Shown here: in pieces, positions 1 through 11,615 of the stretch | How positions within the stretch are numbered: the first letter of the stretch is position 1 | Layout: the number at the start of each line of letters is the position of its first letter | Assembly: GCA_014905635.1 (NCBI GenBank) | Contig: JABVCE010000005.1 | Coordinates: 372,001-436,000 of the forward strand | Length of the DNA: 64,000 nucleotides | Direction of reading: 5' to 3' | Origin: Scenedesmus sp. PABB004 | Taxonomy: Eukaryota | Notes under the pieces: model-generated | Told to the model about the DNA's origin: nothing | The model's database searches: none | What the model saw: the letters and a program-made list of their open reading frames with translations, nothing else | Position numbers and translations under genes: made by a program

Positions 1-2737
1 ACGGCCCCACCCCCCAGGAGGCCGCGGTGAGCGCACCGCGCGGGCGCGGCCGTGGGGCGCGCCGCGGAGGCCCGCGCGCGCCGCGGCGGCGCGCAACCGC
101 CGCGCCCGCCGCCCGCGCAGCACAAGCGCGTCGCGTCGCTGCGCACGCGCACGGTGAGCACGGTGGCCATGATCGGCGGCTTCCTGGTCATGATCTACGC
201 CGGACACGTGCCGCTCGTGTTCCTCGTGCTGTCGCTGCAGGCGCGGCCGCCGCGCGGCCGCCGTTCCCGCCCCGCCGCCGCCGCCGCGCCGCCGCGCGCT
301 TCAACCCGCCAACGCCCCGGCGCGCGCCGTTTGTTTGACTGCGCGCCGCTTGGTGCGCGCCCGCGCAGTTCCTGATGGTCAAGGAGCTCTTCATGCTCGC
401 GCGCGTGGCGCAGAAGGACATGCGCCTCCCCGGCTTCCGCGCGCAGCAGTGGTACTTTTTCTTCGTCGCCACCTTCTACCTCTACCTCAGGCGCGCGCGC
501 TGTGTGGGAGGGGCGGGGGGGGGGGGGCTGCGTGGCGAGGGAGCAGGCAGCGCGCACGGACGGCGGCGGACGGGCGCGCGCGCCGCCGCCCCGCTCCCGG
601 CGCACACCCCCGGCGGCCCCGCGCACCCTCCCCCCCCAACACACACAGGTTCATCAAGAACAACCTGCTCGTCGAGCTCACCAGCAGCCGCTACAGCAGC
701 GCGCTCGCGTGGCTGCTGCGCCGCCACACGCTCGCGGCGTACTCGCTCTACATGGCCGGTGCGCGCTGCACAGCGCAGCGCGCCGCGCTGAACGCGCCGC
801 GGCGGCGCGCCCCACGCGGCGGCGGGCGCCCTGCGGCGAGCGCGCCCCACGGCGGCAGCCGCGCGGCAGCCCGGCAGCGGCAGCCCGGCAGCGGCAGCGC
901 GGCAGCGGCAGCGCGGCAGCGGCCGTGCAGGTGGCGGCGGCGGCCGGCGCGCCGCGCGGGCGCCGACTCGCCCCGCCCCCTCTCCCCTGCTCGCCCCCCT
1001 CACCTCATCCCTCTCCTCACCCCTCACCCCACCCCTCCCCAGGCTTTGTCATGTTTGTGCTGAGCCTGCAGCGCGGGAGCTACCTCTACCAGTTTGGGCA
1101 GTACGCGTGGACGCACATGATCCTGCTGACCGTGTTTGTGCCGAGCAGCTTCTTCGTGAGCAACATCTTCGAGGGCCTCATCTGGTTCCTCCTCCCCTCC
1201 GCGCTCATCATCACCAACGACATCATGGCCTACCTCGCAGGTGGTGGCCCGCGGCGCGGGGCGGGGCAGGGCGGCGGCGCGGGGCGGCGTGCGTGCGTGT
1301 GGGCGTGGGTGTGGGTGTGTGTGTGTGGGGGGGGGGGGGGGGGGCGTGTGGCGCAGGGCTGCGCGCGGCGGCGGCGGGCAGCCGCCGAGTGCGCCCGCCG
1401 CGCTGCCGCCACGCCACCGCCACCCACCGCGCGCCGCCGTCGCCGCAGGCTTTTTCTTCGGGCGCACGCCGCTGATCAAGCTGTCGCCCAAGAAGACCTG
1501 GGAGGGCTTCATCGGCGGCTGCGTGGGCACCATGGTCTGCGCCGCGGTGCTCGCAGACGCGCTGAGCCGCTTCGCCTGGATGACCTGCCCCCGCCAGGTG
1601 GGCGTGGCCGCGGCGCCCCGCGGGCGCCGCGCGGCCGCGGCGCCGCAGACCGCCCCGCGGCGGCGACGCGAGGCGAGGCGTGGCGGCCGCTGCGGCGCCG
1701 CTGACCGCGGCGGCGGGCCCCGCGCGGCGTGGCGCGGCGCGCGTGCAGGACCTGTCGCTGGGCCCGCTGTCCTGCACGCCCGACCCCATCTACTCACTTC
1801 ACACCTACACCCTCGCCGACGTGGCGGGCCACCTGCCGCCGGGCGCGGTCGAGGCCGCGCGCGCCGCCGCGGCGCAGCTGCCGGCGGGGCTGCCGGGCCG
1901 GCTCGGCGGGCTGACGCTGCGCTTCCGGCCGATCGCGCTGCACGCGATGGTCCTCGCCGTCTTCGCCTCCTTTGTCGCGCCGTTTGGTGCGCGCCGCGCG
2001 CCGCAGCGCCGCACCTCGCGCGGCCCGTGGCCACACACGCACGCACCCCCTCCCTCTCACCTCGCAGGCGGGTTCTTTGGCTCCGGCTTCAAGCGCGCCT
2101 TCAAGATGAAGGACTTTGGTGCGCGCCGCACCGCCCCCCGCCGCCGCCGCCACAGCAGCCCGCGGGGCACCCGCCCCGCGCGGCCGCGCCGCGCCGCGGC
2201 CTGATGGCACAGGCCCCGCGCCGCCGCGTGCGTGGCCGGCGCCGTCGCGCCGCCGCCGCCGCCGACGCCGCGCCCGCGCCGCCACCCCGCGCGCGCACGC
2301 GCCGTGCCGCGCCAGGCGACACCATCCCCGGGCACGGCGGCGTGACGGACCGCTTTGACTGCCAGATGATCATGGCCATGTTTGCGTACCTCTACTACTG
2401 GAACTTTGTGGCGCGCCCAGAGCTCACCGTCGGGGAGGTGCTTGAGGTGGGGCGCCGCGGCGGCAGCGGCGCAGGGCGGGGGCATGCGCGCAGCGGAGCG
2501 CGGCGCCGACGACCCCGCTGCATCGCGGCGCCGCGCCCGCAGGTCGCGCTGCGCCTGGAGGCGCCGCAGCTGCTGGAGCTGTGGGCCAAGCTCGGCAACG
2601 TGCTGCTGGGCGACGGCCTGCTGCCGGACAGCCTGGAGCCGGCGCTGACGAGCGCGCTGCAGGCCGCCAACGTGAGCGCCGCCGCCTACGCCGCGGCGCC
2701 GTGGGCGTTCATGCGCCAGCAGCACGCCGCGGTGTGA
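1..2737 (+). CDS. CDS1: Phosphatidate cytidylyltransferase (CDP-diacylglycerol synthase), 5'-partial, multi-exon
   Basis: Spliced exons 121-240, 369-490, 649-758, 1043-1240, 1449-1597, 1749-1986, 2068-2118, 2316-2446 and 2543-2737 give [24 protein letters not shown] and [29 protein letters not shown], the CTP_transf_1 signature. The start lies upstream of the window. Confidence 0.95.
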
Positions 2738-3228
2738 TTGGTGTCTGTCCGTGTCAGCGGGCCGAGCGGGGCAGGGCGAGGCAGGGCGGGGCGGGCGGGA
2801 CGCACGGGCGGCGAGCGCGGGGCGCGGTGCATCGATTTGCGGCGGCGGCAAATGTCGGGGGGTTCCGCCGCGGTAGGCGACGTCTGTGCAGGTGTTCGTG
2901 TTCGGTTGCGTTTCCGTTGTTGCAGCGCGCGCGCGCGCGCGCGCTCGAGGTGAGGCTGCATTCTTGCTCGCCGGCGCCCAGCCGGCGCAGCTTGCCGGCG
3001 GGCGCAAGCGCCCGGACTGCGACCGTCCGGCGCGTCGCCCGCCGTGCGGTCGGGGAGCGCTGCACTGCCGGCGTCGGCGGCGGCCGCGTGGCGCCGCCGC
3101 CGCCGCCGCCGCCGTCGCCGCCGCCGCGCGAGGCGGCGGGAGAGGCGGCGCGTCTCGGGCTCGCGCGTAACTCTGGGCCCGTCTCGCCGGGCGCGGGGGC
3201 CTCCGCAGCCCCCGCATCCCCACGCCGC

Positions 3229-6200
3229 TCACATGCGCGCGGCGATGAAGACGTCGCGCAACTGGTAGCGGGCCAGCAGCAGCGCGACCAGCCGCTCCGT
3301 CGCGGCGCTGTACATGAGCGCGCTGGCCGAGGCCCGCGGCGGCGGCGCGGGGGGCGCGGCGGGCGCCTGCAGCTGCACGGCCGCGGAGCCGTGCCCCGGC
3401 GCGCTGCTCGGGCCCGCGCCGCCGCCCGGCGCTCGGGCGGCTGCCTCGGCCGCCGCCGCCGCGACCGCCGACTCGACCTGCGCCGCCGACAGCGGCGCGC
3501 GCTGCAGCGGCGCGGCCACCTCGGGCGGGAGCATCGGGTACGCCATGCGCACCGCGCCCGCGCCGGTCACGCCTGGCGCCGCGCCCCCGGCGCGCGCCCC
3601 GCCGCGCCGCCGCAGGTCGCGGCCACAGCGGCGGCCGCCTTGGCGATGCCGGCGTAGAGGTCCCGGTCGGGGCAGAGGTGGAGCAGCAGGCCGCACGCGT
3701 CGACGCGCGCGCCGTCGTCGGTGCCGCCGGCACCGGCGCCGGCGCCGCCGTCGGCCGCCCCCGCAGCAGGGTCAGCGGGCGGCGGCTGCTCGAAGACGCG
3801 CCACAGCAGCGCCCTGAGCTGCCGGCAGCGCGCCTCCTCGCGCGCCGCCGCGGCGGCGGCCTCGCCGCCGGCCTCCCGCGCCGCGCGCGCCGCCTCGGGG
3901 CGCGGCTCAAACCACCAGGGGCCGAGGCCCTCAAACTCGGCCGCCGAGAGGCGGCCGTCGCCGTCGCCGTCGGCGGCGGCGAGCGCGGCCGCCTGCGCGG
4001 CGACCTGCGCGGGGGTGACGCCGGCGTGCAGCGCCGGCACGGCCGCGCCCGCGAGCGCCAGCAGCAGCTCGCGCCAGTCCAGGTAGCCGCTGCAGGCCGG
4101 GTCAAAGCCCGCCAGCGCGGCGGCCAGCCGCGCCGGGTCGACGTCCGTCCACGCCGGCGGCAGCAGCCCTGCGCGCGCTCGGGGCAGCGGAGCGGCATCT
4201 GCGGCGTCCGGCCCGCTGGGGCAGGCCTCGCGGCGACCGCGAGGCGCGCCAGCCCGCCGCGCCGGGCTCACCCTGAGCCGCGCCACGCAGCAGCAGCTCG
4301 GCCGCCTCGGCGACCGCGAGGAACCCGCCCGGCGCCGCGGCCGCGAGCGCGTCGGCCAGCGCGGCCAGCTGCCCGAGCGCGAGCACGCCGGGCGGCTCGG
4401 GCGGCGACGGCGGCCGGCGCGGCGGCGGGGCGGGCGGCGGCGGCAGCAGCAGCTGGCCCTCGTCAATGACGAGGCAGTCGTCCTGGGGCGCGCGGCGAGG
4501 CGGCGGCAGGCGGGCGGGCGCACGGTCAGCCTGGGACGTGGCGCGGCGGCGCGGCCCACGGGCCAGCCGCCGTTGCACCCCGCCGCCGCCAAACACACTC
4601 GCGCAGGCGCGCCCGCACCTCAAGGCGCAGGTCGTGCGGCAGCGGCGCGCCGCCCGCCGCCGCGGCCTTGGCCGCGCGCTCGAGCGCCGCGACGGCGCCG
4701 CACTCGGCGACGTAGCGCGCCTGCGCCCACTCGGCGAGCCGCGCGTGCGCGCCCGCGGTGAGGGCCACCAGCTCCTCCACCACCGCCACGGCCTTGGCGC
4801 CCAGCAGCGCGAGGCGGGCCTGCAGCAGCGCGACCTCGTCGGCCAGCGGGCCCTGCAGCTCCGCCGCCGCCGCCGCGAGCGCGGCGGGGTCGGGTAGGGC
4901 GGCGACCGCGGCCGAAGCCGCGGACGCGGCCGCCGCGGCCTCCTCGCTGCTCGCGGCGAGCTTGCTCGCGGCGGCCGCCGCCGCGCTGGGCCTGCCGGCG
5001 GCGCCGGCAGCGCCCGCGCCGGCGCCGCCGCGCGCCGCGCCCCCAACGCTCGGGCGGTGCGCAGCCGCCCCGGCGCCGCCGCCGCCGCCGGCCGCGGCTG
5101 CGGCGGCTGCGGCCGCGGCGGCGTTTGCGGCGACCGCGGCCGCCGCCGCGGCCGCCACCTTGCGGCCGGCCTCCTCCACCAGGGCGAGCGCGTTGGCGTG
5201 CGTCGCGGCCACCGCCGCGGACGCGGCCCGCAGCGCCGACGCGAGGCCCGGCAGGCGCTGCTGCAGCGCGGCCAGGTGCGCCGCCGCCGCGCCGCCGCCG
5301 CCGCCGCCGCCGCCGCCCGGGGCTTGGCCGCCGCGTCGGTGCGGCCGGGCTCCGCCGCCGCCAGCAGCGTGGGCAGCGGGCAGAGCGGCTTATCGGCGCC
5401 AGGCGGGCTGAAGATGCCGTGGGAGAGGTGGGCATAGTCATAGAGGAACGACGTGGTCGCCAGGAACCTGCGCGGGCGCCGCGGCGCAGGCGACGTCGGC
5501 CCGCGGCCGCGCAGGCGGCAGCCAGCCGCTGGCGGCCGCGCGCGCGCGCCGCGCTGCGGGCGAGCCCTCACCGGTCCAGCTCCACCTGCACGAGCGCGGT
5601 CAGGTGCTGCCCCAGCAGCGCGACGTGCTCCGCCGCCGCGCCGTCGCCGGCGAGGCGCAGCCGCGCGGCCTCGGCCTCCTCGTGCCGCGCGTCGCACACT
5701 CCCCACAGCGCGTCGCGCAGCTCCTCGCAGCGCAGCAGCAGCTCGCCCTGTGCGCGGGCGGGGGCGGCCGGACAGGTCGGGCGCGCCGTGCGCGCGCTGG
5801 CCGAGGCCAGCCCGACGGCCAGCGAGCCGCCGTGGCCAGCGCCTGCGCCCCCTCGCGCGCGCCTGCGTCTCCTTGGCGCGCCGCATGTCGGGCTCCACGG
5901 CGTTGAAGCGCACCAGGAAGGTCTGCACCAGCGCCTGCTTGCCGTCGGGGCGGCGCAGGAACGCGGCAAACCAGGCGCATCCCGCCGCCGCGTGGCCCAG
6001 CGCGGCACGGCGCGCGTCGCGGAGCCCCGCAAAGCCGCGCGCCATGCCGTCGACGTAGGCGCGCTCCAGCGCGGCCCACTCGGCCGCCAGCGGCGCCACG
6101 GCCGCCGCCGGCAGCGACGCGGGGCTGCGCAGCGCCAGCGCCCGCGCAGCGGCGCCGGGCGGGGCGCCGCCGCAGCCGGCCGCGTCGGCGGGTGGCGCGT

Positions 6201-9200
6201 CGGCGGCCGCCAACGCGGCCGTCAGCTGCGCCGCGCTCGGCACAGCGGCGTCGGCCGCGACCTGGGCCACGGCGCTCCACCTCTCCGCCTCGCCCACAAA
6301 CGCCTCGCTCAGCTGCTGCGCGGCGCCGGCCTTGCGCGCCGCGTCCAGCGCCGCCGCCGCGGCGGAGTCGGCCTCCGCGGCTGCACGAGGGGCGCGGCAG
6401 GCGGCGCGCGCGGGCGGTGAGGCGCGGTGCGCCGCGGGAGCGGGGCAGCTCAACGCGCCCGCCCCGGCCGCTCACCAGCCTTGCTCACGGCGGCCTGCGC
6501 GTCCGCCGACACAGCCGCGTCGCCCACCGCGCAGCGGATGCGCTGCACCGCCGCCGCAGCGCTCGCCGACGCGGCCCCCGCGCGCGCCGCGTGGCCGGCA
6601 GCGTCGGCGGCGGCGGCGCGGCACACCTGCCGCGCGGTCGCGTGGCCCGGGGGGCGTCAGCAGCAGTCGGCCCGCTGCGCAGCGGCTGCCGCTGACTCTC
6701 CGGGCCCGCCCAGCCTCTATCCAGAGGCACGCGCGCACCTTGAGCTGCTCCGCGCACTTGGCCGCCGCCTGGGCCTTGAGCACCTCTGCAGCCGCTGGGT
6801 CGGGGTTCTTGCCGCCGCCGAGCAGGGCCGCCGCCTGGATCTCCGCGCGCTTCGCCGCCAGCAGCTCGCGCGCCGCCGCCTCGGTGTGGGCCTGCGCCGC
6901 GCGCGCGGCGTCGCCCGCCTGCACGCGGCGGCGGCGGCGGCGGCGGCCGTCGGCGGTGGCGGCAGTCGGGGGCGTCAGGCGCGGCCCGCAGGCGCGGCAC
7001 GGCGACCGCCGCGCGCCGCCGGCCCTGCCACGCCGCGCCCGCCACGGCGCACCGCCTCTGCGCTGCCGCGCGCCCTCGCGGCCACGCCCGCCGCGGCGTC
7101 GGCCGCGTGCGCGGCGGCCTTGGCCCGGAGGATGCCGGCCGCCACGTCGCCCGCGCCCGCGAGCACCTCGCCGAGCTCCGCGCCGCCGTCCAGGGGGCGG
7201 CGCAGCGTGCAGAAGCGCGACAGCCACTCCGCGAGCGGTCCCGCGGCGGCGGCGTGCGACGCGAGGCGCGCCGCCGCCTGCGCGGCGTCGCCGTCGGGCG
7301 TGAGGCGCTCGGACAGGCCCGGCTCGTTGGCGGGCGGCGGGTCCAGGTCCAGGTGGTACACGCGCCCTGCGCGCCCGCGGTGCGGCCGCAGCGAGCGGGT
7401 CAGCAGCAGCAGCAGCAGCAGCGCACCGCGGCGGCAAGGATGCGGCCGGCCGCAGAATGGACCGGCGCCGCGCGCACCCGTGGCGGGGTCCAGCCGCCGC
7501 CCGAGCGCGCGCCGGACCGCGGCACCCTCGTCGGCGCAGCTCAGCAGCAGCACCGCGTCCAGCCCCGAGCGCAGCGGCCGCGCGAGCTGCGGCAGCGCGT
7601 CGGCCGGCGGCGGCGTGGCCAGAGACGCGCCCGCAACCAGCTCGCGCTCGGCCTCGGTGTCGAGCCCCGTCAGCGCGCGCTCCAGCAGCATGGCCTGCGC
7701 GGCCGTGGCCGGGAAGCCGTCGAGCACGAAACCCCGCCCCGCCCCGCCGGCCGCGAGGTGCGGCGGCAGCACGACGCCCGCGGCGCGCCGCCGCTGCCGC
7801 CGCTGCTGGATGGCGCGGCCTGCACGCCCGGCGCGCCGCCGGCGGTCGAGGGCTTGGCGCCGGGCGCGCCGCCGTCGGCCTTGCCGCCGGGCTTTGCCGC
7901 GCCGCTGCCGGACTTGCTCGGCTTTGGCTCCGGCGCGGCTGGCTCGGGCGGCGGCGGCGCGTACGTCGCGGCCGACTGCATGCCCGCCAGCAGCAGCTCC
8001 ACCAGCAGCTCGTCCGGCACCGCGCGCCCCGCCTCGAGCGCCGCCAGCACACGCCAGCCGAGCAGCACCTGCGTCGGCGGCTCAGGCTCCGGCGCGCGCG
8101 CGTCGGCCGCCAGCTCCTGCGCCTGCGCCTCGGGCTCCGCCGCCGGCGCCCAGGCCCGCGCCGCGGCCAGCGCGTCGGCGACCAGCTGCTCGGGCGCGAG
8201 GAGCTTGAGGCCGAAGCGCTGCGCCAGCGCGCGCGCCACGGACGACTTGCCGGCAAACGGCGCGCCCGCCTGCGGGCCAGGGCGCGGCGGTCGGGGAGTC
8301 AGGGTGGGCAGGCGACCGCTGCCGCGCTGGGGGCGCTCCGCAGCGCGCGCGGCAGGCGCGGTGCCGGCCGCACCACCGCGAGCTTGAGCGGCATGTGCCC
8401 GATGGCCGCCGCCGCCGCGCTCGGCGCCGCCGCGGCCTCCGCCGCCGCCGCCGCGGTGAGCAGCGCGCCGTCGGCGCCCGGCGCCGCCGCCGGCAGCTCC
8501 GCGGCGCCCTCCAGGCGCTGCGCCAGCGCCGCCAGCTCCGCCACGACGCGGCCGAGCGCGGCGTGCTGGCCGCCGCCGCCGCCGGCGCCGCCCGCCGCCG
8601 GCGCGCCGGGTGGTGCCTCAGCGCACGCCCACTCGCCCTGGCCGGCCAGGTAGTCTCGCAGCTCCGCCGCGTTCACGACCCGCCGCGCCGAGTCCTGCTC
8701 GCGCTCCGCGGGGCTGGCGGGCAACACCGGGGCGCCCAGCGCTGCGTCGCCTGCGGCAGCGGCGCGGCCGGCGGCGGCGCGGCGTCGCGGCCCGCCCGCG
8801 CGCTGCCGAGGCGGCCGTGGCGCCGCCATGTCGCCCGCCCGCCGCGCCCACCTGCGACGAAGAGGGCCAGCCACTCGCGCCAGTCGCGGCGCGGCACCGC
8901 CTGGCCGGCGCTCGCGGCGCGAAACTCGACGACGCGCTCCGCCAGCTGCACGAGCTGCCACGCGACCTCCGCGCCGAACGCGCGGCGCGCCGCCGCCTCG
9001 GCCGTGCGCCGCGCCGCCGCCTGCTCGCGCAGCGCGGCCAGCTCCGCCTCCGACTCGGCGGCGTGCTGGCCCTTGAGCGACCTGGGCGCGCGGCGCGGCG
9101 GCGGTGGACGGCCGGCGGTGCCAGGGCCGGCGCGACGCTCTTTGCAGGCCCCCCGCCCCGCCACGACGCGGCGCGCCTGTGCAGCTCCGCCTCGCGGCGC

Positions 9201-11054
9201 AGCGTGGCCTCCCAGTCGGCCTCGCGCTGCGCGGCGTACTGCTCCTCGCGCAGCCGCCGGTCCGCCTCCATCGCGGCCTGCCGCACGCCGGGCGCCCGCG
9301 TGGGCGGCGCGAGCCGCCACCGCGGCGCGCGCGACCTGGCCGCCGCCGCCGCGCGCGGGAGCGCACCTTTTCTTGGCGAACCTGCCACAGCCGCGCCGCG
9401 AGCCGCTGCTCCTCGGCGCTGCGCCGCTGGAGCACCTCCAGCAGCGCGTCGCTCTCCAGGCGCGCCTCGGCGGCCGCGCGCGCGGCCTGCTGCTCCACCA
9501 GCTGCCGCCGCCGCCGCACCTGTGCCGCGGGTCGGCAGCCGCGCGCCCGACGGCGACCTCGGCCCGCTGCACGCTGCGCGCGCTCGCGCGCCCGCGTGCG
9601 CCGTCGCAGCCCGCGCGGCGCCCGCACCTCGCGCTCCTTGCGCCCCGCCTCCTCCTCCGCTCGGCGCGCCTTGATCGCGGCAAGGTACTCGCCGCCGCTC
9701 TCCGCCAGCTTGGCGGCGGTCGGCGCAAACGCGCGGATGCGGCCCAGCGTGGCCGAGGCGCCCTCGCACGGGGGCGGTGGCGCGCCGTCGCCCGCGCCTG
9801 CGCGGGGGTGCGGGCGCGGGCGCGACTCCGCGCCAGCAGGCGCACGCACGCCCGCGCGCCGCCTGGCCTCGACCCGCCGCCACGCGCATGGCGGCGCCAG
9901 CGCGCCAGCGCACCGTCCTGCGCGCTGCCTGCCTCGGGCGCAGCGCCGAGGCGCCTGAGGGCCATCTCAAACGCCTCAATGCCCGCCGCCGCGTCGGCCG
10001 CGTCGGCCGCGCTCGCCGCGGCCGCCCGGTGCCGGCTCAGCTCTCCGAGCGCGAGCTCCACCCGGAGCTCCTGCCGCTCCGCGTCGTCCTGCGGGCGCGG
10101 CGGCCGCGGCGGCGGGCGCGCAGCCGGTCGGCCGTGGACGGTGCGTGGCAGCCGCGCGCTGCGCCGCGGCCGCGGCACGCCCCGCCCCCGCCGTCGCCGC
10201 GGCCAGCGCCGCGCGCGCCGCGCCGCGTGCCTGGTGCCGCAGCATCGCCGCGTGCACCGCCTTGTCGTGCTGCAGCCGCGCGGCGCGCTCCGTGCGGCCC
10301 GCCGCGAGCTTGCCCAGCTCGGCCGCGCGGAAGCGCGTGCGCGCGCCGTCGGCCGCCGCCGCGTCGGCCGCGGCCGCATCGGCCGCCACCGCCGCGAGGC
10401 GGCCCGCCTCGTCGGTGAAGCGCTGCAGGTACAGGCTCTCCATGAGAGCGTTGGGGCTCTGCGCCTGCTTGCGCAGCACGTCGTCGAAGAAGCGCCGCGC
10501 CCCCTCCTGGTGCGCCGCCTGCCCGCTCTTGAGCGCCTGCGCTTCCAGCAGGCCGCGCGTGGGCGACGACCGCACGGTGAGCTGCGCCGCCGCGCGGCCC
10601 GCGTGCTCCAGCGCCTGCGCGGGCGCGTGCGTGCGGGCGGCGTCGGCGGCGCCGGGCGCAGCACGGCGGGCGCAGGGCGGTCAGCGCGCTGGCCGCGCCG
10701 CGCCGCTGCGCGTGCCTGGAAGTCCTTGCCCCGCGCCGCGAGGGCCTGCTTGATGGCGTAGAGCGCCTGCGCCGCGAGGCCCGGCTGGCGCGCGATGATG
10801 CCCTGCGCCGTCGCCGGCGCGAGCGGGGCGCCGAGCTGCGCCAGCAGCGGCGCGAGCGTCGCAAAGTTGCCCCGCGCCGCGTCCGGCCGGCCGCTGTCGG
10901 GGAGACGCGCCAGCTCGGGGTCCAGCCCCGCCGCGGCGAGCAGGCGCCCGAACGCGGCGCCGCTCGCAAACGCGTCCTCCAGCGCCGACCCCGGTCCGGG
11001 GTCCGACCCCAGCTCCGCCAGCCACGCGCGCAGCAGCGGCTCGCCCGCGGCCAT
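3229..11054 (-). CDS. SPEF2: CPC1/SPEF2-like flagellar central-pair protein (CH domain, adenylate-kinase-like domain, EF-hands), about 20 exons, three apparent frameshifts; possibly a pseudogene
   Basis: N-terminal CH-like segment (LRAWL..EDAFASGAAFGRLL..AARGNFATLAPLL), coiled coil, P-loop GAPFAGKS, ADK motifs GFVLDGFP and RRALGRRLDPATG/RVYHLDLDPPP, KETQ/GELLLRCEELRDALW, EF-hand-like DPACSGYLDWRE and DGDGDGRLSAAEF. This is the domain order of CPC1/SPEF2. Confidence 0.85.
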
Positions 11055-11615
11055 GGCTCTTCAGGGGCGGCCCGGCCTCAGCCCTGCGCCAGGCAGGGCA
11101 TCGCGACGGCGCGGCGCGGCGCAGCCGCCGTTGACCGGGGCGAGTGCGTGACGTACGGTGCGCGAGCGGCGGCGGCGACTGGCGAGGCCGGCTCGCTGCG
11201 CCTGGGGAAGTGCGCGGCGGGGGGCGGGCCGGCGGCGGCGCGGGAGCAGCGGCGGCGGTGCCGGCCGCCAGAGCCCCGCAGTGACGGCCGCGCCGCCGCG
11301 AAGCAGCACGATCAGGCGCGCGCCCGGTCCCCGCGATCTCGTGTCAGCACGCCCGGCGCCGCAAGCCCGCCACAACTCCTCGACCAGGCCAGGGCGTGCC
11401 CGCAACGTGCTGCGTGCGGGCGCTCGCTGGCGGCCCGACAGCTGCGCGCCGCGAGTCGATCGCGTCTGTGTCGACGACGCGGCAGGCTCTCACGCGCCGC
11501 GCCGGGCCCCCGCGACGGCGCGTTGTGAGCCGGGCACCGGCGCCAGCAGTGCACTCGGCCGGGGAGCACCGCCCAGGCGCGCAGCGGGCGACTGCGACGC
11601 CCGTGAGCATCCCAC

